64,000 nt of DNA from Parvularia atlantis (taxonomy: Eukaryota). The stretch is taken from positions 1-64,000 of the forward strand of contig CALSCO010000113.1 of assembly GCA_943704415.1 (NCBI GenBank), read 5' to 3'. A program made the translations under genes and the position numbers. Below are positions 25,536-39,652 of this stretch, in pieces. Numbering within the stretch: position 1 is the stretch's first letter; every line of letters begins with the position of its first letter. Under the pieces are notes generated by a model, which saw nothing but the letters and a program-made list of their open reading frames with translations, was not told the origin of the DNA and ran no database searches.

Positions 25536-27523
25536 TCACGGGTAGATGTAGAGCAGGCCGGGCATCTTGCCCGCGCAGCGCGGGCAGCTTCCATCGGAAA
25601 TCTTGCTGAGGCAGCCGTAGCACAGCTGCGGGCGCGGCGTTGGCACAGGCGGGGGCGCGCAGGCATGCCGCACGCACCGTGTGGCCGCACGGGTACAGCG
25701 CGACGTTGCGCGGGCTGGTCTTGCACATGGGGCAGTTGACGAGCACCTCGAGCTGGCTGATGTGCATGCGAGCCTCGGCCAGCTCGCGCTCCAGCGCGGT
25801 TGTGCGCGCGTTGTGCGTGCTATAGTCTGGTCAACGCGCGGCGACGTCAGCTCGAAGCAAGGCGAGCGCGACGCTCACCGTTTGCCTGGTCGACGCCGCT
25901 GTTGGTAGACGGCGGCGTGAGCATACCCATGGCCGTAATGAGCTCGGACAGGCCTTTCGGCTGGGCCGGGGCGACCGCGCTGCGGCTGAGGATCATTGTA
26001 AGGGCGTCCGCAACGGCCGTGGCCGTGACAGACGGGGCCGCGGGCGTCTGGCTGGGCTGCACGGCGCTGTAGCCGTTGGGCTCGAAGGAGCGCGGCCGGG
26101 GCGTCGCGGCGGGGCCCGGCGGTGGCGGCAGCACCTGGTGATAGGCCGGCTGCTGCGGCTCCGATGGTGGCAGATGCTGCTGCGGCGGCGGCACGGCCGG
26201 CGAGCTGACGGGCGGGCGGACCGTGGCCACGCCGTTCAACATTGTTGACATAGGCGGGCGGGCGGGCGCGGCGGCTGCGGCCGCGGCGACGTACGACTGA
26301 TGCTGCTGCGGCGGCTGGCGCTGCTGCTGCGGCGGTGATGGCGACGCCTGCTGCTGCTGCTGCAGCGGCGCTGGCGGCTGCGGCTTGTGCTGCGGCGCCG
26401 GCGCCGGACGCTGCGGTGAGCTCGACGTGCCCGAGCGCTTGGCCTCGAGCGTCTTCGTCATAGCGACGCGGGCTGGGTCTGGGTTGCCGTGGGCGTAGGA
26501 GCAGCGCACGCCCCAGTGGCAGTTGCGCTCGGCGTAGCGCAGGCAGGCCGTCGTCTTGTACTTGTCCGGGTGGTACATCTGTTCCTCCTTGGTGTGGCTC
26601 AGGTTGCAGTCGTCGCCGTTCGGGCACTGCGACGGCGCGCCCCAGGTCGGCTTGCGGTCGCGGTCGCCGCCGGCGCTCGAGTAGACGTTCGGGCAGGGCG
26701 CGACCTTGTAGTCGTGCTCGAGCGGGGAGCGGCGGCGCTCGCCCTCGTTGTGCCAGCCGTCGCAGAAGCAGCGCGTCTGCTTGCACTGGGCGACCTTGTA
26801 GTGGTGCACGTCGAGCGTGCCGTCGGGCAGGAGCGCGGCGATGCCGCCGGGGGTGACGCCCGTGGCCGGGTTTTGCGGGTTGTAATGCAGGATGTGCACT
26901 GAGCTTACGTTACTGTCGCCGTGGGGCTGCACCGGTGCGACCGGAGACGCCGCGGCCGCTGACGCCGCCGACGACGTCGCCGCCGCCGCCGGTTGCGTAT
27001 ACTTAGCGAGCGCGCGCGGGACGACGCCCGGAACGTGGTTGTGGAGGATGCCGCCCTCGCGCAGGTCGTCCTCACCGTGCGCGAACGAGCAGTGCGCGCC
27101 GTTGAGCTCGCACAGGCCGGCCTCGTCAGTCGGGTGTTTGCACAGCTTGACCTTGTACAGGCTCGGGTGGAAGCGCATCTCAAAGCTGGTGTGGGCGTGC
27201 GGGCACTCCTTGCCGAGGCGGCAGCTGTCGGGCTGCTCGCACATGTCCTTGCTGTAGAGCAGCACACCGTCGTCGTTCACGGGCGGGCGGCGCAGGTCCC
27301 GGCGCTCGTGCGCGTAGAAGCACTCGGCCGCCGAGCGCGGGCACGCCCCATTCTCGTGCTGCGCGCACAGCGACGCGCGGTACTTGGTCATGACGCGCCA
27401 GTGCGCCGTCTTCTCGCCAGTGTTGGCGTGCACGGCCGGCTCGGCCCCGGCGGTGGCGGCGGCGGCGGCGCGGCGCTGCTTGCGCGACTGCTTGCTCGGC
27501 GCCTTCTCCCAGTCGTCGGCCAT
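25536..27523 (-). CDS. UNK: Unkempt-like tandem CCCH zinc-finger RNA-binding protein with a C-terminal RING
   Basis: Two CCCH clusters (CFYAH..DLRRPP; FHPSLYKVKLC...CSFAHG; ERRRSP..DYKVAPCPNV; HTKEEQMYHPDKYKTTAC). RING: CPMCKTSPRNVALYPCGHT|LCYGC...CPRC. Confidence 0.85.
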
Positions 27524-27696
27524 ACGCTGCGCGGCGGCCCGCGCGGCGCGTGAGGAGGGCGTGAGGGCGGCGCGCGGACGCAACCTTAGTCTAAGGCCCT
27601 AGTTAGTGGTTGAAAGTCAACATGAGATGCACCGGGCACGCATCACACGGCGCAGCGACACGGCTCTAATTTGTCGTACACACACACAAGAAAGCT

Positions 27697-29274
27697 TCAC
27701 GGCCGCCGCAGCGGCGACGTCACTGGGCTGCTCACACTCCCGCTGTAGTACGCCGGCGGCGGCGGCGTGCCAAAGGGCGAGGACGGGAGCGACGACGACG
27801 TAAAGTGCTGCGAGCGCGTATGTGTCAGGCCCGCTGCGCCGCGCGCACACGCGGGCGACGCACCGTGCCGAGCGGCGACGACGTGAGCAGGTCGGGCTGC
27901 GACGACAGGCCGTAGTCGGCGCTGTCGTATGGCTGCGGGTGCTGCAGCTGGTTGCGCTGCAGCTGCATCGCGGCGCCCGAGGGCGGGTGGTCGGGCAGGA
28001 ACTGCGCCATCTCGGGCGAGAGCATGGCCTGTTGTCGTGCGGCGTGTGGGAAGCCCTGCAGGCGGGCGCGCAAGTTTGGCGCACCTGGTACTCGGCCTGC
28101 GTGCACCGGTGCATCTCCATCTTGTTGAGCACGCCGATCTCGTCGTGCAGCTCGAACGGCTTGTTCAGCTTGAGGTGGTAGTACGACCTGCGCGCGCCCG
28201 CGGATTCAGCACGGCCTCACGCTCGCTTGGCGCAGCGCACTTGTCCTCGCTCATCTCGCAATCGATCACCGTGTCCTGGTCGGTCTTGATGAGGATGAAC
28301 GGCATGTTGACGCGCATCGCTGCGCACGCGCGCGTCAGACGCATGCACGCACGGGCAGGGGCACGCGCACGCACCCGGGTCCGGCTCGCCGCCCGCAGCC
28401 GCCGCCTCCTCGTTGTGCGCGATAAGGTTGCGCAGCATGATCTTCTGGTACACGAGCTCCTGCAGCCGCGCGCGCTTGCTCTCGACCGCCTTGGCGCGCT
28501 CCTCCTGCTGGCGCTGCGGGCGTGCGTGGGCGGCGCCACTCGTGTGCGCGTGCGCGCGGGAGACGCGCACCTCAAGCTCGTGCATCTCCTGCGTCGCCGA
28601 CGTCGGCAGCCCAACCCACCGGATCTCCTTCTTCTCCTTGCGGATGATGTTCATGGCCATGAGCACGTTGAGCGCGTCGTACACGCGCCGCCGGATGTTC
28701 TTCTGCTCGTAGCTCTGCGGGCCGCGGTGGCGCGCACGCACGGTCAGCCCGTCGAGTGCAAGTCGCACGTGTCACACCTCGTCCGGCTCGTTCATGCCGC
28801 GCATCTCCCGCACGAGCTCCTCGGCCACCTCGACGTACGTCGTCGTGCCCTTCTCCTCGACCTTCTGGCACACGCGCAGGCTGAACTGCCGCAGGCCCTT
28901 GCTCCCGCGCTCGCTGCTGGACGGCGCGCGCTCGAGCCGTCGCGGCGGCTGCATCGCGAGCCTGCCGTCGTGCGCGCGTCAGCGCCCGTGCCCCGCTGCC
29001 GCGCAGTAGGCCGCACTTGCTGTCGGCGGCGGCGTGCGGCGCCTCGGGCGGGCTGCGCGCGCGCGCGTGCGTTGTCAGGCAGTTGCGTTTTTTTCGCGCG
29101 TTTGGCGCGCGCGCACCGTGCGAGCAGCGCGCCACCGGGCGACGGCGCCGTGAGACGCACGCGCTTGTGCTGTGCGCGCTCGCGCGCGGTTCGGCACGGC
29201 AGGCGGAGGCGCAGGGGCCGCGCGCGCACCAGCTCGGCCTCGGCGGTGCCCTCGCGCTTTGTGGGCGTGGCCAT
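27697..29274 (-). CDS. TFDP: E2F dimerisation partner (DP) transcription factor
   Basis: [68 protein letters not shown]...[16 protein letters not shown]. Confidence 0.96.
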
Positions 29275-29315
29275 TTCAACCACAGCTCGCGCGCAGGAGG
29301 AGGAGGAAAATTCTC

Positions 29316-30521
29316 TCACCACTGCTCGGCGAGCCACTCGAGCCAGCGGCCGTGCGCCTGGCCCCGCGCGAGCAGCACGTCGTCGTCGCCCTCGCGCAGC
29401 CGCGGCCACAGGCTCACGCGCAGCTCGGCGATGCCCGGCGTCGCGCCGTCCTCCATCCGCAGCCACGCGAGCGGGCGCTCGGGTGTTGCGGCCGCGCCGG
29501 CCGCGTGCAGCTGCGCTTGGATGTCGTCGCGGTCGCCGGGGCTCAGGTACGGCCAGATGTACGAGTGGTGCACGATCGTGAGCCGCGGTGCCGCTGCCTC
29601 GCCCTGTGCCTCGTGCCACGCCGCCAGCTCGGCGCGCAGGAACGAGCACGCGTCCTGCTCGCGCACGGGCGCTGGGTCGACCGCCGCCGCCGCCAGCGCC
29701 GCGTTGAGCGTGCGGAAGCGCTCGGTCAGGTCGGGCCAGACGTAGGCCTGCAGCAGCCGGCGCGCATCGGCGCTGGTGACGTCGACGGGGGCGAGATCGC
29801 AGCCGAGACGCGACACGACGCGGAACCGGCTGTGGGGCGCGTCCGTGCCCGCAAACGCCGCCGGCACGTCGCCCGCGCGCCACTCGGGGCGGATGACCAC
29901 CGGCGCGTCCGGCACGCCCCACGTCCACGTGCGCGCGCCGTGGTACTCGTAGCGGTACTTGTCGAGGCGCAGGATGAGGCCCGCGCTCGAGCCGATCTCG
30001 CGCAGGGCGAGCGGCAGCTTGGCCCCGAAGCGCGCCCAGACGTACAGCAGGCTCGGCAGGAGGCAGCTGCCGCGCGAGACCTCGTTCGTCTGCTGCGCGC
30101 GGTCGACGAAGGGGCGCAGGAACGCGCGTTCGCGCTGCAGCGTCTCGCTGGCGGCCTCCCACGCCGCATCCGACCACGGCTCGACCTGCTCGCCGGCGGT
30201 CGTCGGCAGGAAGCGCGCGTACTCGGGCGCACGCCCGCTCAGCGCCTGCGCGCCGCGACGGTCACGCGCCCGCCGCGATTTGCCGCCCCGCCCGCGTGCG
30301 CGACGCGCCAGATAGTGCAGCCCGCACGCGACGCGGATGGGCAGATACTCGAGCGCGGCGACGCCGACCCAGTCGCTGCACAGCTCCCAGACGGCACCGG
30401 AGCCGTGCGCAACGTCCTCCGCGCAGCGCTCGAGCAGGCGCCGGTGGAGGTCGCTGCCCATGCGCGCGCTCAGCGCCGCCATCTCGCGGAAGGCGCCGGC
30501 GAGTGCTGTCGCGCTCTGCAT
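29316..30521 (-). CDS. DUF2332-family protein (bacterial type); one in-frame GC-AG intron at 30246-30308
   Basis: QTNEVSRGSCL, LREIGSSAGLILRLDKYRY, GCDLAPVD, LQAYVWPD..RFRTL, C-terminal LARGQAHGRWLEW. Confidence 0.82.
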   Translation of the reverse strand: MQSATALAGAFREMAALSARMGSDLHRRLLERCAEDVAHGSGAVWELCSDWVGVAALEYLPIRVACGLHYLARRARGRGGKSRRARDRRGAQALSGRAPEYARFLPTTAGEQVEPWSDAAWEAASETLQRERAFLRPFVDRAQQTNEVSRGSCLLPSLLYVWARFGAKLPLALREIGSSAGLILRLDKYRYEYHGARTWTWGVPDAPVVIRPEWRAGDVPAAFAGTDAPHSRFRVVSRLGCDLAPVDVTSADARRLLQAYVWPDLTERFRTLNAALAAAAVDPAPVREQDACSFLRAELAAWHEAQGEAAAPRLTIVHHSYIWPYLSPGDRDDIQAQLHAAGAAATPERPLAWLRMEDGATPGIAELRVSLWPRLREGDDDVLLARGQAHGRWLEWLAEQW

Positions 30522-31040
30522 GTGCGATCAGGCTGCAGAGCGTGCAAAGTAGCACACAAAGAGAGTCCGTCTCACGGCCTGCCTCCTGCCGCGCTTCGGG
30601 CTTTCTCAATATGCAGCGCCCTGTCGTCGTGCTCGTGCCCACGATGTCGATGGCATGCCGTGTGCGTCCACGGCGAGCTGGGCGACCCGAGTGGTGCAGG
30701 AGGTCGGCGCGCGTGTGCTGTGGTGCCAGCCCAGGTCGGCGGCGGTCAGCGCGGTGGCCCCGTCGATTGGCGTTTCCGCGCAGACATAGCGCGCTTCAGC
30801 AGCCATCTGCTCGGCCGCATGCGCCCGCCCGCTGCTGGCCACGACGGCCACGCTGCTCAGGACGGGACGAGAACGAGCTGCTCGGCCGGCTCGACGTGTG
30901 CCTGCGGGCCGCGGGTTCCGCCGTCCCGTTCCACGCGGCGTCGCAAGACAAGGTCCGCGTCCGCGTCCGCGTCGAACGGCATCCGTACAACGAATGTTGT
31001 GCATTGTGGCGCACTTTCGTGTACAAGGCGGACTGGGTGC

Positions 31041-32601
31041 ATGGCAGCCATGCCGGCGCAGGTGGCGCGCGCCGAGGGCAATGTCGTGCGCCACACGCGG
31101 CCGGGCCTGCCGGTGGCCGTGCCGGGAGCTGCGCCAGCACCAACAGCAGCAGCAGCACCAGCAGCACCAGCAGCACCAGCAGCAGCGGCAGCAGCAGCAG
31201 CGACGCGTCCGACCGTCGTTCGCGTCAAGCGGCGGCGTGAGGAGGACCCGCTCGACACGCTCGGTAACGGCGAGCAGGCTGCGCGGCGCACGGCTGACGC
31301 GCCCGCGCGGCCGCACAGTGCTCAACGTCGGCGTCGCCAGCAAGACACTGCGCACCGTTGCCGACGGCGAGCCCGCGCCGCCCGCCGGCGACGTGCGCGT
31401 GTTCCGCCGCGCCGGCACGCTCGACGCCGCCGCCGGCCGCACCCGCGACGAGGCCGTGGCGCTGCAGCGGCGCATCTTCGCGCTCGTGCGCAAGGGACGC
31501 CAGGCCCGCCCCGCGGCCGGCGAGGCGCCGCCGAGCGCGCAGCAGCTGGACGAGGCGCGCCGCGCCCTCGCGCGCGACAAGTGGCAGGCCGCGGCGTCGG
31601 CCGCGCGCTACCGCCTCGTCAGCAGCCGGCGCCGCGCGGCGATGGACGCGGCCGGGCCGGTCGACGACAGCGAGGCCGAGGCGCTGTTCCGCCTGTACGA
31701 CGTCGAGCGCGACGACGACGACAACGACGACAAGTCCGTGCCGCAGCGGCCCGCGGCCTTGCCGATGCTCACGCCCATGCCCACGCCGACGCCGGACGTG
31801 CTGCTCTACAACCGCTCGCCGCTCGTGCGCGAGGCGATGGCGCCCGCACCGGCCGCACCCGCGGGCGACGAGTACGTGTACGACATGTACTACCTCGCGG
31901 GCGACGGGCTGTCGGCGGCCGGGCTGGGGCGCGTCGGCGCCGTGTATCGGCACGAGACGTTCGACGAGGAACTCGTGTTTGACGAGGACGACGAGGATGC
32001 GGGCGAGCGACGCAGCGAGTACGATGCCGAGGGCGACGAGGACTCGAACGCGGAGGACCACTACGCCAACGACTACCCGGACGAGGACTCGGACGCGTTC
32101 GACGACGATGTGGACGAGCTGGAGTTCGGCATGGTGTACGACGAGGCGGACGGCGACGGCGGCGGCCACGACGACGACGAAGACGACGACGACGACGACC
32201 TGCCGGTGCCGCGCGACGGACCGCGGGGCGCGAGTGGCGACGACGACGACGACGACGAGGACGACGAGGACAACGACGGTGACGAGGACGGCATGGACGG
32301 CGTGCCGCGTGCCAAGACGAGCGCGTCGTCTGTCTACGCGGGACTGAGCGCGCAGTCGCGGGCCACGCTGCGCGCGCTCCGCTCGGGGCTCGCGCGCCTC
32401 GGGCTCGACCCGAAGGCCGAGCGCGACCGCGAAGCCGCGGCGCGGCGGCGGCGCACGGGCGCGGTGGACGACGAGGGCGACAGCGAGGACGACGACGACG
32501 AGGAGGACGACGACGTCGACGTGTACGAGGAGCCGCGTCCGCCGGCCGTGGCCGACAAGCGCAGCGTGTTTGTGGTCGATGTTGAGCCCAGTGACGACTG
32601 A
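31041..32601 (+). CDS. IWR1: Iwr1/SLC7A6OS RNA polymerase II nuclear import factor
   Basis: VRVKRRREEDPLDTL, DEYVYDMYY, DEDSNAEDHYANDYPDED, acidic C-terminus. Confidence 0.88.
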
Positions 32602-32640
32602 GCCGCACGCCGGCCGACACACAAATCAAGCGCCCGCCGC

Positions 32641-34994
<2,354 letters not shown>

Positions 34995-35010
34995 ACCACG
35001 CGAGGAGACG

Positions 35011-35012
<2 letters not shown>

Positions 35013-35044
<32 letters not shown>
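35013..35044 (+). repeat. (GT)n microsatellite
   Basis: Perfect GT run in the 85-bp gap between Rab6 and the next gene. Confidence 0.95.
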
Positions 35045-35045
<1 letters not shown>

Positions 35046-35079
35046 TTGAGACGAGTGAGCCACGCACGCCACTCTCAGC

Positions 35080-38000
35080 ATGGCGGCGGCTGCTCTCGCG
35101 CCGTCCTTCTGCTCCGCTCACGGCGTCGCGGCGCACGCGCGCACAGACACGCGGACGCGCGGCATGGCGCTCATGGCCGTCGCCGAGGTGGCGCTCGACC
35201 GCGACGAGCTGCTGCAGGCGATGCGGGTGCGCGCGCGCGCGCCACCGCCGTCGACGCGGCGCAACGGCCTGACCTTTGCCGAGCGCGCCGCACTGCAGGA
35301 GACGGTGCACCCTGACGGGCTGCGGTGGGTGCACGCCGTGCTGCGGCGGCTCGCGCGCGGCCCGCCTTCGCCGACCAACGCGACGGCGCCGGCCGCGGGT
35401 GACGCGGTCAAGCGGCCGCCCGGGCGCGAGTCGCCGCTGGACGACGTCGACTGGGTGCTGCTGTGCCAGACCGTGGTCGACAACGAGCACGCGGCGCACG
35501 CGGCCGCGCCGTCGACGCGTAGCGCCAACTCGCCGCGCGTCGCGGCCAGCGTGCAGCGCGCGCTCACGGCCCTGTCGGCCGCGCGCTTCGACCTGCCGCA
35601 GTCGGCGTGCTTCTCGGGTGGGACGCGCCTGGCCGACCCGATCATCGAGAGCTTTGGCGACGCCTTCGCGACCAACCCGACGTCGGCGCAGATCGTCCGC
35701 GGCATCTGGGTCATCCTCCAGACGCTCGAGTACCAGAAGAAGAAGATCCTCGTGCGCTACCCGGTCGAGGTCCTGCGCAACCTCAGCCCGTTCAAGCTCG
35801 CTCTGGCCATGCTCAGCAGCTCAACCCCGCCCACGGTCACGCCCGAGGAGGCCGAGGCGCGTCTCACAAAGTACACAACCGTGCAGCGCCACCTCGCCGA
35901 GCAGCTCGGCGGCGAGAAGGAGCTGATGCAGGTCGTGTGGCTGGCGCTCCTGCGCAACATTGCCAAGGTCAGCCTCGTCGACCGCGAGCGCGCCTACGTC
36001 GACGATAGCTTCCGCGCACGGCACGAGCGCTTCGCGCAGCAGCACCACCCGGACGACGAGGCCGCGCAGGAGGCCTGGCGCGAGCTGCAGGTCAAGTACG
36101 CCACCCGCGCGCTTCTCGGCCGCGACACGCTCGACGTGGCCATCCGCGAGATTGACCAACTCTTTGGCACGCTCGAGCACCGCGTCGAGAAGCGTTTCAA
36201 CGTGTTCTTCGACCAGGTCGTTCTGCCGTCGACCCAGTGCTACCACGACTTTGCCAAGCTCTACCTCGTTGAGCTCGTCGAGGCGCTCAAGTGCGAGCAC
36301 CCGGTCAACCTGGCCGACGTGCCCGAGAGCACCAACAAGGTGGGCGCGCTTTCGCACCGCATGGTGGCGTGCTCACTGAGCACGCGCCGTATAGAAACTG
36401 TTTGAGGAGTCGATCGTTTTTGTGGAGGAGACGCGCGCGCATGTGCACCTGAGCGCCAAGAACGTGCTGCGGCTGTACCAGCTCAACGTGGACCACTACG
36501 TCGCCAAGGGCGTGTTGGTATGCGCGCACGCGCTGAGCCGCGTGGCCGGCTGCTGAAACCGTGCGTGCGCGCAGATCCGCCAGGAGGCCGCGCTGCTCTC
36601 AGCCAAGTGGGCTCAGCAGGTCGCGCCGCTGCCCGCGGGCTCGATCATCGCGCGCGTCACGAGCGCCGCCAGCAACGAGTACAGCGACCGGCTCGCGTTC
36701 CTGGACCGCGAGGTCGACATGGCACGCGGCGACTTTGTGCGGGTGCGTGCGCCTGCTGCGTGCTGCTGCGTGCGGCACTGACGTTGTGTGGCAGAGCGTG
36801 CACGACATCCTGTCGGACAGCCGGGAGGTCGTGCGCACGCTCGTGCACTGCATCGAGCGGCTGCAGTTCATGGGCATGTGCCAGCACGACGTGCTCTACG
36901 ATCGGACCAGGGCCGCGATCGTGCAGGTATGCAGCGCCACACTGCTCACGCTGCGCTGCTGCTGCTCACGCGTCACGCAGGCCGAGAAGCTGATGGACGG
37001 CCTGGCAGACGAGGCGTGCAAGGTGTACTCGCCGGGCGCGATGGGCGGCACGCTGATTCTGTCCAACACGCTGCTGGACATGGTGCGCCGTGCAGCGGGT
37101 GCGGATGTCTGAGTGCTCATCCACGCTGCACGTTGCACTCAGCTGTACAAGCGGGTGCCGCCGTCCGAGCGTACCAACGGCGTGTCGGCCGCGTTGCTAA
37201 ACAACGGCACGGCGGGCAACGCCGGACCAACAACGAACGCGGCCAAGAAGAAGCGCAAGAAGCGGGGGCGGTCCGCGGCCGCCGGCGGTGCAAACGGTCT
37301 CGGTGGCTCGCACGATGGCGACGGAGACGACGACGACGACGGCGGGGACGACGGGTGCGCACGCGTGCTTGAGCATACCGCGCTCGCTCGCTTGCTGATG
37401 GCGACGACTCGTAAGGAAAACGGCCGAGGATGCCGCGGACGACGAGCCCGCGCTGTCGCCGCCGCACGTTAACGGAACACTGGCCGGCGACGTTGTCGTC
37501 TCGCCGCGCCGCCCCGCTGCGATGCTGTCGACGGCCTCGGGGGGTTTTGTCGGCGCACCAGCGGCCGACGCCAAGGCCGCCGGCGAGCAACCCGGCACGA
37601 TCACCAGCCGGCAGAAGCCGGCCGGGCTGCCGATCATCCCGCCGCCGGTGCCCACGCCCTCGCCCACGCTCGAGCTGCGCGGGTATCCGCGGATCGTCTG
37701 GCCCGTGCGTGGCGGCCGCGTGTGTGTGTGTGTGTCTGCGGCATGTGCTGATGTAGCACGCCAGCGGGAGGAGTCGACGCTACTCGAGCTCGTGCAGCAG
37801 CTGCGCTCGATCGCGTTCCAGTACCACGTCGAGCGGTCGATCCTGTTGAACGAGCTGCAGGTGCTGCGACAAGACAACCACCGGCTGCGACACCCGGACG
37901 AGGCGCCGACAGAGACGGTGTGCGCGCGGCAGCTGCGCCGTTCTTGGCCTCTGACGGCGACAACGCTGCAGCGGCCCGACGTGCCCGAGAGCGCCGACGA

Positions 38001-38248
38001 GCTGCGCGAGGAGCTGCTGGCGCTGCGCAGCCGCAACGCGGTGCTGCAAGTGCAGAACGCGCAGCTGACGACGATGCTCGAGGAGGACCGGCGCGGGATT
38101 GAGCGCCTCAAGGCGCGGCTGGACACGCTCGAGCAGACGCTGCACACACGCATGCGCCTCACCGGTGCCGCACCAGACCCCCAGTGGTGCGTGCGCGCCG
38201 TGCCTCTCTCGTGCGCCTCGCTGCTGCTGACCCGCGCCGCCGCGCAGA
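35080..38248 (+). CDS. Large hypothetical, mostly helical protein with a C-terminal coiled coil
   Basis: First exon is over 400 codons with strong GC3 bias, followed by phase-consistent introns. Contains the NLS-like KKKRKKR. The stop appears split by an intron (TG|A). No family recognised. Confidence 0.7.
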
Positions 38249-38309
38249 CACATGTATTGTGTGACGCCTCAAACACCAGCGTATCACCTCTGTTTCGCGC
38301 GCGTGTCAC

Positions 38310-39620
38310 ATGGCGACGCTCGGGCTGAGCACGCCGTGGACGTCGGGCGACGGCTGGGCCGGCGACGTGACGACGGCCGTGACGGCGCGGTGGGCCGCGG
38401 GCGCCGCCGACACGGTCCGCGCGCGACTGCAGGTTTCTGAACGCGCGCGCGATCGCCCTATGTGCTTAACTGTCGCCGCAGCTGGCGGTGCGCGTCGTGC
38501 GGCGCATGGCCAACGAGGAGGAGGACGGCGGCAGCGACGACGACGACGACGACGACGTGAAGGACGACGACGCGAAGGACGACGAGGGCGACGCGGACGG
38601 GCGGCAGGCGCACGAGCAGCGGCAGCGGCTGGCGGCGCGCGTGCGCTGTGCGGTCGCGCCCGATGGCAATCGCGCGCTGTGGCGCGACCTCGGCCTGATC
38701 CTCGCGCTCGACGACGAGGCCGCGCTCGCCGACCACGCCGACGCGTGGGTGCTCGCGGCCGGCCGGGCGCACCGCGAGGGCGCCGTCGTCGTGTCGCCCG
38801 TGGAGTTTGACGACGCCGTGGTGGCGATCGGTGCGTGGTATCGAGATTGCTGCTGCGTCCTCAGCCGCGCGCAGACGTCGAGCACACGACCCTCACGGCC
38901 TTTGCAGCGCGCGTCGGCACGTTCCTCCGGCAGTCAGAGCAGCAGCCGCAGCAGCCGGCGCAGCACCTCGCGGTCTACGACGTCTGTATGCGCGTGCGTG
39001 TGACAAAGGACGTCGGCGCGCCCGACCAGGCCGGTGCAGGGGCGAGCGGCTGCGCGACGGCTGCGCACGCTCACGCGCCGAGGTGCAGACGCGCAGCGCG
39101 TGACGAAGGACACGGTCGAGTCGCTGCGCCGCATCATCCGCACTACGCTGCTCTCGCACGCGCGCACGGTCGAGACGCGCATCCCCGACTGCTTTAGCGC
39201 GCGCATTATCGAGGTGGGCCCTTAGCGTCTGCGTGCGCGCCAGACAACGGGTTGACGCGAGGCCGCAGCAACTCGTCGCGGGCGAGCGCAGCCAGCTGTT
39301 GCGCAGCACTGTGCAGTCTCTGGCGCGCGTGTGCATCGGCTCGCACAGCACGGCGTTCTGCGCGCGCTGGGACGCGCTGCTGGCCTCGTGCAAGTGCGCC
39401 GTGACGGCAGTGCGCAACCAGCGAGCGTTAGCGTGTGCTCGGCTCACGTCTGGACTGCAGACGTGCCCGCTCGACCTGCGCCTGTTCAACCTGCTGCGAG
39501 TGCACATCCTGCGCAAGGTGTGTCTAGTGGGAGCTGTGCATGTGCGTGACTCACGCGGTGCAGGCTCTGCGGCACGCGGTGGCCATGCCGCCCGCGTACG
39601 AGGAGGAGGGCAGTGCGTGA
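38310..39620 (+). CDS. Hypothetical protein, possibly a distant TopoVIB-like (meiotic Spo11 partner) transducer domain
   Basis: Multi-exon ORF containing ALWRDLGL and C-terminal helices ESLRRIIRTTLL...VQSLARVCIGSHSTAFCARW. The gene is likely real, but the family call is speculative. Confidence 0.5.
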
Positions 39621-39652
39621 GCGCATTGTACACGGGGGAAAAGGAGAGAGCG

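Noticed and set aside
29172..31982. 936-aa ORF and many other long ORFs in the supplied track
   Set aside because: These are shadow ORFs caused by high GC and stop-codon scarcity. They are Arg/Ala/Pro-rich and antisense or out of frame to recognisable spliced genes.
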